From the NCBI GenBank assembly GCA_964035545.1, contig CAXIUT010000064.1, positions 6,611 through 70,610 on the forward strand: DNA of 64,000 nt, read 5' to 3'. The stretch's first letter is position 1, and the number at the start of each line of letters is the position of its first letter. This DNA is from Bugula neritina. Lineage: Eukaryota; Animalia; Bryozoa. The notes under the pieces are model-generated. The model was given only the letters and a program-made list of their open reading frames with translations, searched no databases and had not been told where the DNA came from. The translations under genes were made by a program, and so were the position numbers. This document shows, one piece after another, positions 1-11,156 of this stretch.

Positions 1-201
1 AATAATAATATATATACATATAACTGGATATAGTTATAAATATTAAAATTTTGTATAATCTTTTATTAAATTTATTTAAAGATATACTAAAATTATTGGT
101 AAAAAAATATTAATTAATTAATTAATATTTAATAATTAATTTCTATATAATACACTTAAAATTTTCTTAATAATATAGATATAAGGTACATTAATTATTA
201 A

Positions 202-801
202 TTACATATATTTTGCAATAAATATTATCAATTTATAAGCATACTGTATAGTAAATATTATTAAATGAACTACTAATCAAAGTAAAAATACATAAAGATA
301 AACTATAATCATTAATATCAGTTGATTTAGACCAGGATAACCTGGAATTAGTGTGTTCTCTGCTAATCCTGTAAGAATTTTGTTTATTACGTATAAATAT
401 CCTCTATTCATCTTTAAATCATACTTCAATTCTTTGTGAGTTTTCTTAATCAAACCTTTTATTATAGTGTAATGTTTCTCTATAGCATCTTTACTATATC
501 TTTTATTTAAATTATCTATACTCTCTAGAATCATACTCTTTAGTGTGATTTCAAACGGTATAACTTTAGATTTAATTGCTTTACGTTTATACTTGTATAA
601 AATATATTGTTTATAGCGTCGTCAAAGTCTCTTTAATTTACCTTTACTGCGCTCTTTTTTTAAGTTTTTTTTACGATTTATACGTGCAATTATTACTAAT
701 ATTGGATCTGGTTTAGATCTAGGCTTTCTTCCTTTACGTTTACGTCTAAAGTAAAGTCGTTCTCATTTATCTAGGAGTTTAATAAAATTTTTTTTAGTCA
801 T
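202..801 (-). CDS. Unrecognised 199-aa ORF, GYP family member A (basic N-terminus, PGYP motif, C-terminal hydrophobic segment)
   Basis: Code-4 open frame from ATG 801 (preceded by TAA) to TAA 202, extending track ORF 277..534; contains KHYTII...E...DL...IPGYPGLNQL, aligning without gaps to paralogues at 3462, 4738 and 10213. Confidence 0.7.
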
Positions 802-1139
802 TTATTTAGTTAGTTATCTAATAAATTAATAAGTATACAACAGTTATTTAGGTGTATTCATATGTGTGTATATTTAGATACGTAATTGTAACTTTTAAAG
901 TTTTAAATATTTTTATTAATATAGCTATTACCAGTTATATATATATATTGTCATTATATATATATATAACTATTTACTACTAAACAATTTATAAATAAGT
1001 TATTGCTATTTAATTTAATAATATAATTTGAAAAAGAAATGTTAAGTATTTTTTTTATTATAAAATATAATTTAAATAATTAAAAAAAATAAGTTATATA
1101 TATAAGTATGTATATATGTGTATGTATACTCGTATACTA

Positions 1140-1690
1140 ATTTTTTTTTTATTTTTCTGTTTATTATAACTAATAAAATATTAAGTTATAGCATATTTTT
1201 ACTCGTAAAAAAAAAAAAAATTATTTAATAGAATTTTTTTTTTACTTTTCTGTTATTATATATAATAAAACATTAAGTTATAACATATTTTTACTTGTAA
1301 AAAAAAAAAATTATTTAGTAGAAATTTTTTTTTTCTGTTTATTATATATAATAAAACATTAAGTTACAACATATTTTTACTTGTAAAAAAAAAAAATTAT
1401 TTAATAGAATTTTTTTTTTCTGTTTATTATATATAATAAAACATTAAGTTATATTATATTTTTACTCGTAAAAAAAAAAAAATTATTTAGTAGAAATTTT
1501 TTTTTTTCTGTTTATTATATATAATAAAACATTAAGTTATAACATATTTTTACTTGTAAAAAAAAAAATTATTTAGTAGAATTTTTTTTTTCTGTTTATT
1601 ATATATAATAAAACATTAAGTTATATCATATTTTTACTTGTAAAAAAAAAAATTATTTAGTAGAAATTTTTTTATTTTTTTTATTTCTAA
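1140..1690. repeat. Tandem array of ~85-95-bp AT-rich units (repeat family A, locus 1)
   Basis: About 6 copies of ttttctgtttattata..ataaaacattaagttataacatatttttacttgtaaaaaaaa..ttatttagtagaa. Confidence 0.9.
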
Positions 1691-1796
1691 ATAAATGAAG
1701 TACTTGTATACTGTATATTTACTAATATAAGTATAAATACATCTATATTGATACTTATAAATATACTTATATATATATCTATTTATTAATTATTAA

Positions 1797-1945
1797 ATAG
1801 ATTTGTATAAGAAATTTATAGCTTTAATTTATTATAAAATTGTTTAAAAGCCGATAGATATGGTATTTATATGGGATTTGTGTAAAAAAATTATACCTTT
1901 AATTTATTATAAAATTATTTAAAATTCAATAAACAAATAATTGTC
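1797..1945. repeat. Degenerate interstitial copy (~2 units) of the terminal 76-bp repeat
   Basis: agatttgtataagaaatttatagctttaatttattataaaa... matches the junction and reverse-orientation units of the 53.6-64 kb array. Confidence 0.8.
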
Positions 1946-2030
1946 GGCATTACCTTATCTCATAATATAAAGATATATCTATAACTTGTATATGTAATTT
2001 TAATTATTTTTTTATAATAAATAAATAATC

Positions 2031-2110
2031 TGAGATAAGATAGAATCGAACTACCACCGACAACGTCATTTGATTTACAGTCAAACGCATACCCACTCTG
2101 CTTTTATCTC
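2031..2110 (-). tRNA. trnY: tRNA-Tyr(GUA)
   Basis: Acceptor GAGATAA/TTATCTC, anticodon arm tttga-CTGTAAA-tcaaa, long variable arm, GTTCGA T-loop. Confidence 0.93.
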
Positions 2111-2166
2111 CTAATTTTAGTATATATATATTGATAGATCTATGCATATTTGTCTATACACTATAG

Positions 2167-2652
2167 TTAAAAACTATGCAATATAGAGTTAACTTGTGAA
2201 ATTTTTCCAAATCTTTTTATAAAAGGATCTTTTTTAAACCTTATACCTCTCCTGGTATACTTATTATATGTTCTTATACTGTTAAAAATTTTTTTTATTA
2301 AGAAAAAGTTTTCTCTTTTACTAAAAATTACAGTATAGTTTTGTCTTCTTATTCTAGAAAAATAAAAAATATTACTATTATATAATATTTTATATCAATG
2401 AGAATGGCCAAAATTAAATGTAAATTTTGATTTTTTTTTAAATAACCTAACTCTATAGGCTTTACCTCTCCATACAATCCTTAAATAATACAGTATAAAG
2501 GTATAAATATATATATATTCTATTAAACTTTTATACTTTTTTTTATAAAAAATATGTTTTTCATTACTTGGTAAATAGATTAAAATATTATTTATTTTTT
2601 TTAATTTTATAATATCATTAAAGGGGGTAATAAAGTTAATAGTTTTTAACAT
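2167..2652 (-). CDS. rpl6: Ribosomal protein uL6m (ymf60)
   Basis: RGKAYRV, FNFGHSHW and NKYTRRGIR motifs of L6; continuous in code 4 (161 aa). Confidence 0.88.
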
Positions 2653-2968
2653 TTATAAAAAATCCTCAAAAAAATATAATAAATACTTGAATACTAAAAA
2701 AAAAATTTTTATTAAATGTATATAACATAAGTAAATAAATCATTATTAGCAGATGTACTATAACTATATTAGTTATAGATCATATATAATACAGTAATAA
2801 TAGCGTTTTAAAGATTATAAAAAAAACAATTACATTACAACTATTTAATGCACTATAAATATATGTATATAAATTGAATTTTTTTATATTAAAGTGACTA
2901 TAAGATATAACAGTATACCTTAATATATAAATATAATTTATTAATTTAAAGTTTGTTTTTCCTATCAC
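2636..2968 (-). CDS. Hypothetical 110-aa hydrophobic protein, possibly a diverged relative of the small partner ORF at 8985-9194
   Basis: GTG start, open through TGA to TAA 2636; shares a TVIS stretch and the DNA gatataacagtat with the 9194 ORF. Confidence 0.4.
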
Positions 2969-3461
2969 TTTATATAATTTAAATAATTAAAAATAAGTTA
3001 TAGTTTTAAAAGTATTCAATTTAATTGTATATATATATATATATATATAGATAAATAAAACTATAAATTACTATATTATAGTAAAACATCAACATTATAC
3101 AGATTATATAGTTTATTATAAATACGTATATTAACATTAATAAGCAGTGATAATAAAATTTTGCTGTTTCTTAAATTATATTAATATGTTAAAAATATAA
3201 AATAATTAATTTACTAAATTTTTGAAATATTTATTTTTTTTTATAATTTTTAACCACATGTAAGTATGTATGCGTATATTAAAAAAAAAAAAAAATAAAT
3301 TAATAATATTTAAGTTATTATATCAACAAAAAAATTTTACTAATTTATTAAAGTGTAAATATAACATAGTTTTTATATACGTTTAAATATGGTATAAAAA
3401 AATTAATAAAAAGAGAAAGAAAATTTAATATTAAAAATTAAAAACTTATTAATACTCTTAT

Positions 3462-4043
3462 TTAAAATCACCATCCAAATATTTGTCAAAAAATAGAGCT
3501 CTTTATTTTTTCTTCTAATTTCCTCTTATCTTTCTCAAATTCAGTTGGGAAAAGATAAATACTTAAACATACTGAATATATATATGTTATAAGAAACATA
3601 AACAATATTACTAATAATAGTAAAAACAGATTCATAAGTCAAAATAACATTCGACTTAATAGTGGATAGCCAATAAAGATTTCTCCTGTTTCTATTTTTC
3701 TAACAATTTTTCTTCGTATATCTCTTAAACTTCAATCATTATTTCAATCATCCACTAATTCTAAAATAAAATTTTTCAACATACCACCCAATATATGTTT
3801 ATGTCTCTTTAGTTTATTTATGTCTTTTTTAAGAACATCTTTTAATAAACTAAGATCCCTTTCTGTTTCATTTACATATTTTAAAAGTTTATCTTCTAAC
3901 TTATCATCTCATCTTTTATGTTTTTTTTTTATAATAGATTGACGGGAAAGTCTTTGGGGTTTATTTATAAAGCTATTAAAATGAGTTTTCACTCATCTAT
4001 AAAATCTAAATACTATTTTAATAAATTTTGTTATTAATTTCAT
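3462..4043 (-). CDS. Unrecognised 193-aa ORF, GYP family member B
   Basis: Absent from the track because of TGA codons; MKLITKFIKIVFRFYRWVK...KYVNETERDL...RHKHILGGML...EIFIGYPLLSRMLFW followed by a hydrophobic helix. Confidence 0.8.
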
Positions 4044-4104
4044 TTATATATTATAAACATACACATAAACTATATATACTTATGTATATACATATACATT
4101 AAAA

Positions 4105-4212
4105 TTATAAAACTATAAGCACGGTATTTAAGTTTACTATTTTAGGAGATATAGCAGCATTAACTAATTTATGAACATAAAATTTTAATATATTCAACAT
4201 AATTCTTATCAC
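4105..4212 (-). pseudogene. Truncated small partner ORF upstream of member B
   Basis: MIRIMLNILKFYVHKLVNAAISPKIVNLNT aligns with MIREKFNVLKIYIRKLIDTVISPKVTNLDA (8985-9194); stops after 35 aa. Confidence 0.65.
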
Positions 4213-4737
4213 TTCATATTAAAAAAATTAAAATTAAAAAGTAAATTATATTTGTATGTGTATGTTATATTTACTATATTTATTAAAAATCATAATATAA
4301 TTATTTTTTATATAATATAGTTAAAAATTAATACGCTTATGAACACTGTTATTAAAACTATATAGAATTACGTCTATTTATGTCAATACATATATATATA
4401 TATATATGTATTAATAGTGTAATTAATAAACTAGTTATAGTTTTATATAAAGTTCTTATTAATCTATTTATTACTTTAAAATAATATTTTTTTAATTTTT
4501 ACTAAATTATTTTAGCATATAATGTCTAAGTATAGTTATGAAAACGAAATTTTTTGTGTCAATGTTATTAAACTTATTTAAAAAATATAGTATAATTATT
4601 AATAGTAGTAAAAAATCTAACGTTAAATGATTAAAGGTGTATTAATATTTTTATTTAAAACTAATTTTCAAAAAAAGGATTTTATTTTTTTTTTATATAT
4701 ATTTTCTGTTTTATAGCAGATACTATACAATTTTCTA

Positions 4738-5229
4738 TTAAAAAAACTTATCATAAAAGATTGATAATAGTCACAGAATGTTTCTAGTAATTTTTGCAAA
4801 AACTCATGGTGCATAAAACAATCATCATAATATTAACATTATTATCAATATTCTCGTTAATAACTGTATAAATTTCGCAAATCAATATAATATCTGACTT
4901 AATATAGGATAACCGGGAAATACTTCATAATTCTCTATTTTTTTAAAGATTTTTTCCCACGTATCTATTCAGTTTCATCTACTATATAAATTGCATTTTA
5001 TTTCTCAAATAAACTTCCGCCACATACTCCCCATAATAGACTTATGTTTATCTATTTCAGTTATATACGCTAAGAGTTTTTCCTCTAATATGTCCTCCTC
5101 TGTTTTGTCCTTTTTTTTAAGTACACGGACAGAACTTCCAATAAAATTATTATCAGGTTTATTAAATAAAGATTTTACTCATCTATAAAACCTAAATACT
5201 AGTTTAATTAAATTTTTTATTATAGCCAC
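4738..5229 (-). CDS. GYP family member C, copy 1 (163 aa)
   Basis: GTG start after TAA; MAIIKNLIKLVFRFYRWVK...KHKSIMGSMW...EVFPGYPILSQILYW...; TAA at 4738. Confidence 0.8.
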
Positions 5230-5285
5230 TTAACAAATTATAAATATATATTAAAATTCTATAAACTTTTATATAAATCATATTT

Positions 5286-5450
5286 TTATACATGTATATG
5301 TATATATATTAAAATTTTACATATTATTAATAATATAATTATTGTAAATACACAGGGAAAGTTATTTAAATTTATTATTTTAAGAAATATAAAGCTATTG
5401 ATTAATTTATAACTGTTAATTTTTAATATATTAAATTTTTTTACTATCAG
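5286..5450 (-). CDS. Small partner ORF, array copy 1 (54 aa, CTG start; may be degenerate)
   Basis: Gap-free homologue of 8985-9194, truncated at a TA-rich tract. Confidence 0.45.
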   Translation of the reverse strand: MIVKKFNILKINSYKLINSFIFLKIINLNNFPCVFTIIILLIICKILIYIHIHV

Positions 5451-5633
5451 TTAATATTAAAAAAAAAAACTAAAATTCAAAAGTAAGTTGTAGTTATATA
5501 TATATATATATAACACCTTTATTGTATTTATTAAAAATCATAATATAATTATTTTTTATATAATATAGTTAAAAATTAATACGCTTATGAACACTGTTAT
5601 TAAAACTATATAGAATTACGTCTATTTATGTCA

Positions 5634-5669
<36 letters not shown>

Positions 5670-5995
5670 TAATAGTGTAATTAATAAACTAGTTATAGTT
5701 TTATATAAAGTTCTTATTAATCTATTTATTACTTTAAAATAATATTTTTTTAATTTTTACTAAATTATTTTAGCATATAATGTCTAAATATAGTTATGAA
5801 AACAAAACTTTTTGTGTCAATGTTATTAAACTTATTTAAAAAATATAGTATAATTATTAATAGTAGTAAAAAATCTAACGTTAAATGATTAAAAGTGTAT
5901 TAATATTTTTATTTAAAACTAATTTTCAAAAAAAAAGAATTTTATTTTTTTTATATATATTTTCTGTTTTATAGCAGATACTATACAATTTTCTA

Positions 5996-6487
5996 TTAAA
6001 AAAACTTATCATAAAAGATTGATAATAGTCACAGAATGTTTCTAGTAATTTTTGCAAAAACTCATGGTGCATAAAACAATCATCATAATATTAACATTAT
6101 TATCAATATTCTCGTTAATAACTGTATAAATTTCGCAAATCAATATAATATCTGACTTAATATAGGATAACCGGGAAATACTTCATAATTCTCTATTTTT
6201 TTAAAGATTTTTTCCCACGTATCTATTCAGTTTCATCTACTATATAAATTGCATTTTATTTCTCAAATAAACTTCCGCCACATACTCCCCATAATAGACT
6301 TATGTTTGTCCATTTCAGTTATATACGCTAAGAGTTTTTCCTCTAATATGTCCTCCTCTGTTTTGTCCTTTTTTTTAAGTACACGGACAGAACTTCCAAT
6401 AAAATTATTATCAGGTTTATTAAATAAAGATTTTACTCATCTATAAAACCTAAATACTAGTTTAATTAAATTCTTTATTATAGCCAC
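5996..6487 (-). CDS. GYP family member C, copy 2 (163 aa)
   Basis: Same 492-nt open frame as copy 1. Confidence 0.8.
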
Positions 6488-6543
6488 TTAACAAATTATA
6501 AATATATATTAAAATTCTATAAACTTTTATATAAATCATATTT

Positions 6544-6708
6544 TTATACATGTATATGTATATATATTAAAATTTTGCATATTATTAATAATATAATTAT
6601 TGTAAATACACAGGGAAAGTTGTTTAAATTTATTATTTTAAGAAATATAAAGCTATTGATTAATTTATAATTGTTAATTTTTAATATATTAAATTTTTTT
6701 ACTATCAG
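6544..6708 (-). CDS. Small partner ORF, array copy 2
   Basis: Same 165-nt frame as 5286-5450. Confidence 0.45.
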   Translation of the reverse strand: MIVKKFNILKINNYKLINSFIFLKIINLNNFPCVFTIIILLIICKILIYIHIHV

Positions 6709-7248
6709 TTAATATTAAAAAAAAAAACTAAAATTCAAAAGTAAGTTGTAGTTATATATATATATATAACACCTTTATTGTATTTATTAAAAATCATAAT
6801 ATAATTATTTTTTATATAATATAGTTAAAAATTAATACGCTTATGAACACTGTTATTAAAACTATATAGAATTACGTCTATTTATGTCAATACATATATA
6901 TATATATATGTATATATATATATTAATAGTATAATTAATAAACTAGTTATAGTTTTATATAAAGTTCTTATTAATCTATTTATTACTTTAAAATAATATT
7001 TTTTTAATTTTTACTAAATTATTTTAGCATATAATGTCTAAATATAGTTATGAAAACAAAACTTTTTGTGTCAATGTTATTAAACTTATTTAAAAAATAT
7101 AGTATAATTATTAATAGTAGTAAAAAATCTAACGTTAAATGATTAAAAGTGTATTAATATTTTTATTTAAAACTAATTTTCAAAAAAAAGGATTTTATTT
7201 TTTATATATATATTTTCTGTTTTATAGCAGATACTATACAATTTTATA

Positions 7249-7740
7249 TTAAAAAAACTTATCATAAAAGATTGATAATAGTCACAGAATGTTTCTAGTA
7301 ATTTTTGCAAAAACTCATGGTGCATAAAACAATCATCATAATATTAACATTATTATCAATATTCTCGTTAATAACTGTATAAATTTCGCAAATCAATATA
7401 ATATCTGACTTAATATGGGATAACCGGGAAATACTTCATAATTCTCTATTTTTTTAAAGATTTTTTCCCACGTATCTATTCAGTTTCATCTACTATATAA
7501 ATTGCATTTTATTTCTCAAATAAACTTCCGCCACATACTCCCCATAATAGACTTATGTTTGTCCATTTCAGTTATATACGCTAAGAGTTTTTCCTCTAAT
7601 ATGTCCTCCTCTGTTTTGTCCTTTTTTTTAAGTACACGGACAGAACTTCCAATAAAATTATTATCAGGTTTATTAAATAAAGATTTTACTCATCTATAAA
7701 ACCTAAATACTAGTTTAATTAAATTCTTTATTATAGCCAC
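7249..7740 (-). CDS. GYP family member C, copy 3 (163 aa)
   Basis: Same 492-nt open frame; synonymous CCT>CCC in the PGYP motif. Confidence 0.8.
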
Positions 7741-7796
7741 TTAACAAATTATAAATATATATTAAAATTCTATAAACTTTTATATAAATCATATTT

Positions 7797-7961
7797 TTAT
7801 ACATGTATATGTATATATATTAAAATTTTGCATATTATTAATAATATAATTATTGTAAATACATAGGGAAAGTTGTCTAAATTTATTATTTTAAGAAATA
7901 TAAAGCTATTGATTAATTTATAATTGTTAATTTTTAATATATTAAATTTTTTTACTATCAG
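7797..7961 (-). CDS. Small partner ORF, array copy 3
   Basis: Same 165-nt frame; LDNFPY variant is closer to the 8985-9194 copy. Confidence 0.45.
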   Translation of the reverse strand: MIVKKFNILKINNYKLINSFIFLKIINLDNFPYVFTIIILLIICKILIYIHIHV

Positions 7962-8492
7962 TTAATATTAAAAAAAAAAACTAAAATTCAAAAGTAAGTT
8001 GTAGTTATATATATATATATATAACATCTTTACTGTATTTATTAAAAATCATAATATAATTATTTTTTATATAATATAGTTAAAAATTAATACGCTTATG
8101 AACACTGTTATTAAAACTATATAAAATTACGTCTATTTATGTCAATACATATATATATATATATATATTAATAGTGTAATTAATAAACTAGTTATAGTTT
8201 TTTATAAAGTTCTTATTAGTCTATTTATTACTTTAAAATAATATTTTTTTAATTTTTACTAAATTATTTTAGCATATAATGTCTAAATATAGTTATGAAA
8301 ACAAAATTTTTTGTGTCAATGTTATTAAACTTATTTAAAAAATATAGTATAATTATTAATAGTAGTAAAAAATCTAATGTTAAATGATTAAAAGTGTATT
8401 AATATTTTTATTTAAAACTAATTTTCAAAAAAGGGATTTTATTTTTTTTATATATATTTTCTGTTTTATAACAGATACTATACAATTTTCTA

Positions 8493-8984
8493 TTAAAAAA
8501 ACTTATCATAAAAGATTGATAATAGTCACAGAATGTTTCTAGTAATTTTTGCAAAAACTCATGGTGCATAAAACAATCATCATAATATTAACATTATTAT
8601 CAATATTCTCGTTAATAACTGTATAAATTTCGCAAATCAATATAATATCTGACTTAATATAGGATAACCGGGAAATACTTCATAATTCTCTATTTTTTTA
8701 AAGATTTTTTCCCACGTATCTATTCAGTTTCATCTACTATATAAATTGCATTTTATTTCTCAAATAAACTTCCGCCACATACTCCCCATAATAGACTTAT
8801 GTTTATCCATTTCAGTTATATACGCTAAGAGTTTTTCCTCTAATATGTCCTCCTCTGTTTTGTCCTTTTTTTTAAGTACACGGACAGAACTTCCAATAAA
8901 ATTATTATCAGGTTTATTAAATAAAGATTTTACTCATCTATAAAACCTAAATACTAGTTTAATTAAATTTTTTATTATATTCAA
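8493..8984 (-). CDS. GYP family member C, copy 4 (163 aa, TTG start)
   Basis: Same 492-nt frame; TTG start abuts the TAA stop of the upstream small ORF. Confidence 0.8.
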
Positions 8985-9194
8985 TTAAAAACATACGAAG
9001 AAAAATCAAAATTGTGCATATATTATCATAAAACATATCTTTGCTATATACATTAAAATTTTATATATTATTAATAATATAATTATTGCAAATATATAGG
9101 GAAAGGCGTCTAGGTTTGTTACTTTAGGGGATATAACAGTATCGATTAATTTACGAATGTAAATTTTTAATACATTAAATTTTTCTCTTATCAC
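8985..9194 (-). CDS. Small 69-aa membrane protein, full-length partner ORF
   Basis: GTG after TAA; reads through TGA 9006 to TAA 8985; hydrophobic C-terminal half. Confidence 0.65.
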
Positions 9195-9270
9195 TTAATA
9201 TAAAAAAAAACTAAAATTAAAAAGTAAATTATAGCTGTATACAGTTTAATATGTATATATATATATAGAC

Positions 9271-10096
9271 ACATTAAAATAGCTAATTTTAGTTTTAATA
9301 TATACCCAATCTTACCCATAAAACGTAAACCTAAAAAATTTTTAAATTATTAAATATATATATATATAATTAATAACTTAATTAGCATTAGTTTATTATC
9401 TTTTTATATAAATAGTTTTTAGAAATTTTATAAAAAAAATTTCATTTAAAATCACTTTAAAAATTAAAATTTTATAAACGTTATTATATCTAATAAATAG
9501 AGTAAATATTAAAAAATTTTTTATAATAATTAACAAAAATAAATACAAAAAATTTAATAACATTTACCTAAGACAACAATTAGATAAAGATATTAATTTA
9601 TATTTTATTTATTTGTCTCCATAAAGTAGCATACGTATATTAGTATTACTGTTAATACCGTACTGATATACAGATTAGTTCAAAATTAATTAATACAATT
9701 AAAATACTATTATTAAATGCAGTAAAATTAATATTAAGAATAAATCTTTTGTCTGTATACCTCCCTTAACATAGTTAAATTTACCAATACTTATAACACG
9801 AATATACACATAACTTTCATGTGTACATTTTCTACATTAAAAATTTTTTAAATCTATTAAAAGTATTTAACTTTAAGAATCCTATTTTACTAAACTTACT
9901 CACCATGACGCTATTTTATTTATTTTTTAAATTTTTAATTTAAAAAATAATTTCATTCAACTTGCATGTGTTATACATTTAACTAACGTTCACTCTAAGC
10001 TAAGACCACACTCATAACTTTAATTAAGATATTATACGTTTAACTAGTGTTCACTCTAAGCCAAGACCGCACTCATAATTTTAATTACTAATCTTA
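9271..10096 (-). pseudogene. Duplicated 5' part of the SSU rRNA locus with a tandemly doubled 5' end
   Basis: Colinear with 48686-49556; the ~60-nt 5' terminus occurs twice (~9970-10027 and ~10031-10087) and the conserved GATC is changed to GGTC. Confidence 0.9.
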
Positions 10097-10212
10097 TATA
10101 TGTATATATACGATTAAGTAACGGGGGAAATTTTTAATACTTCAAAACTTATATTTTAAAATCAAATGTTACTAGTTTACTTCCTAATTAGTTAATATAA
10201 AAAAAAAATTTT

Positions 10213-11058
10213 TTACTTACTTGCAAGAAAAACATTAATAATTCAATCAATATCAATATAAACATAATAAGGCTCTACACCATATATATGTGGATATAAC
10301 GCTTCTGGATAAAAAGCTATGGCCTTTATAAATTTAAAAACTAATATATTCTTTATTTCTACAAGTGTAAATTGACATTTATATCAAACATAGAAAAATA
10401 TACCAATATCTTCAAGAATACGCATTATTACCACTGCTATTAATCCCAACAATACTGACACAAATACATAGTATAATTTGTTTAATAATGGATAACCAGG
10501 AAACACTTTATTATCTTCTGTTTTTTTAATAAATATTTTTCACGTCTTCCGCAAACTACGATTACTTCGTAAATCACTTTTTGTTTCTTCTATATTTTTT
10601 TTAAGCATAATGATCAATATGTAATAATGTTCTTTTAATTTATTTATCTTATTATCAATACTATTTTTTATTTTGTTTATGTAGTCTATAAATCGGTTTT
10701 TTAATACGCTACTTTGTTGTTTTAACCTATATATCTCCTGCTTAAGACTAGTCTTTAATATATTTTTCAACTCGTTTAAATCTTTTTTTGTCTCATCTGT
10801 ATATTTTATATAACTATCTTTAAGTATACTACAATGTTTTTTTAACTTATTTATCTTTTTCTTAAAAATATTCTTCAGTTTACTAAAGCCTTCTTTTATC
10901 TTGTTTGTAGACTTTTTAAACTTGTTATTTATATTACTTTTAAAACTATTCTGTAATATACTATACTCTTTTCTAATTAAACTTAAAATTCGTATACAAT
11001 TTTGTTTTAACATATTATAATATGTTTTTAATTTATTTATTATTTTAAAAATATACAC
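10213..11058 (-). CDS. Unrecognised 281-aa ORF, GYP family member D (long repetitive coiled coil plus hydrophobic segment)
   Basis: Track ORF 10540..11058 continues through TGA to TAA 10213; INKLK(K/E/T) internal repeats; KVFPGYPLLNKL. Confidence 0.8.
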
Positions 11059-11085
11059 TTTAACCCTTTTTATGAATGGGATAGG

Positions 11086-11156
11086 TAGGAGAAATAGGAT
11101 TTGAACCTATAATAACAGTCTTAAAACTGTAGTTTTTCCCTTTAAACTATTCTCCC
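11086..11156 (-). tRNA. trnW-related tRNA-like gene with an altered 6-nt anticodon loop (UUUAAG) and discriminator A; identity undetermined
   Basis: Full cloverleaf stems (GGGAGAA/TTCTCCT, ACAGT/ACTGT, ATAGG/CCTAT); highly similar to trnW at 37699. Confidence 0.7.

Larger units (their letters stand above)
4265..8980. repeat. Direct tandem array, ~1.25-kb unit, ~3.75 copies
   Basis: Units begin near 4268, 5526, 6781 and 8036; near-identical, differing in TA/homopolymer lengths and a few SNPs. Confidence 0.97.

Noticed and set aside
4991-8943. Four identical 65-aa plus-strand track ORFs (MHFISQINF...)
   Set aside because: Antisense shadows of the longer 163-aa minus-strand code-4 genes, which have diverged paralogues conserved in the minus frame.
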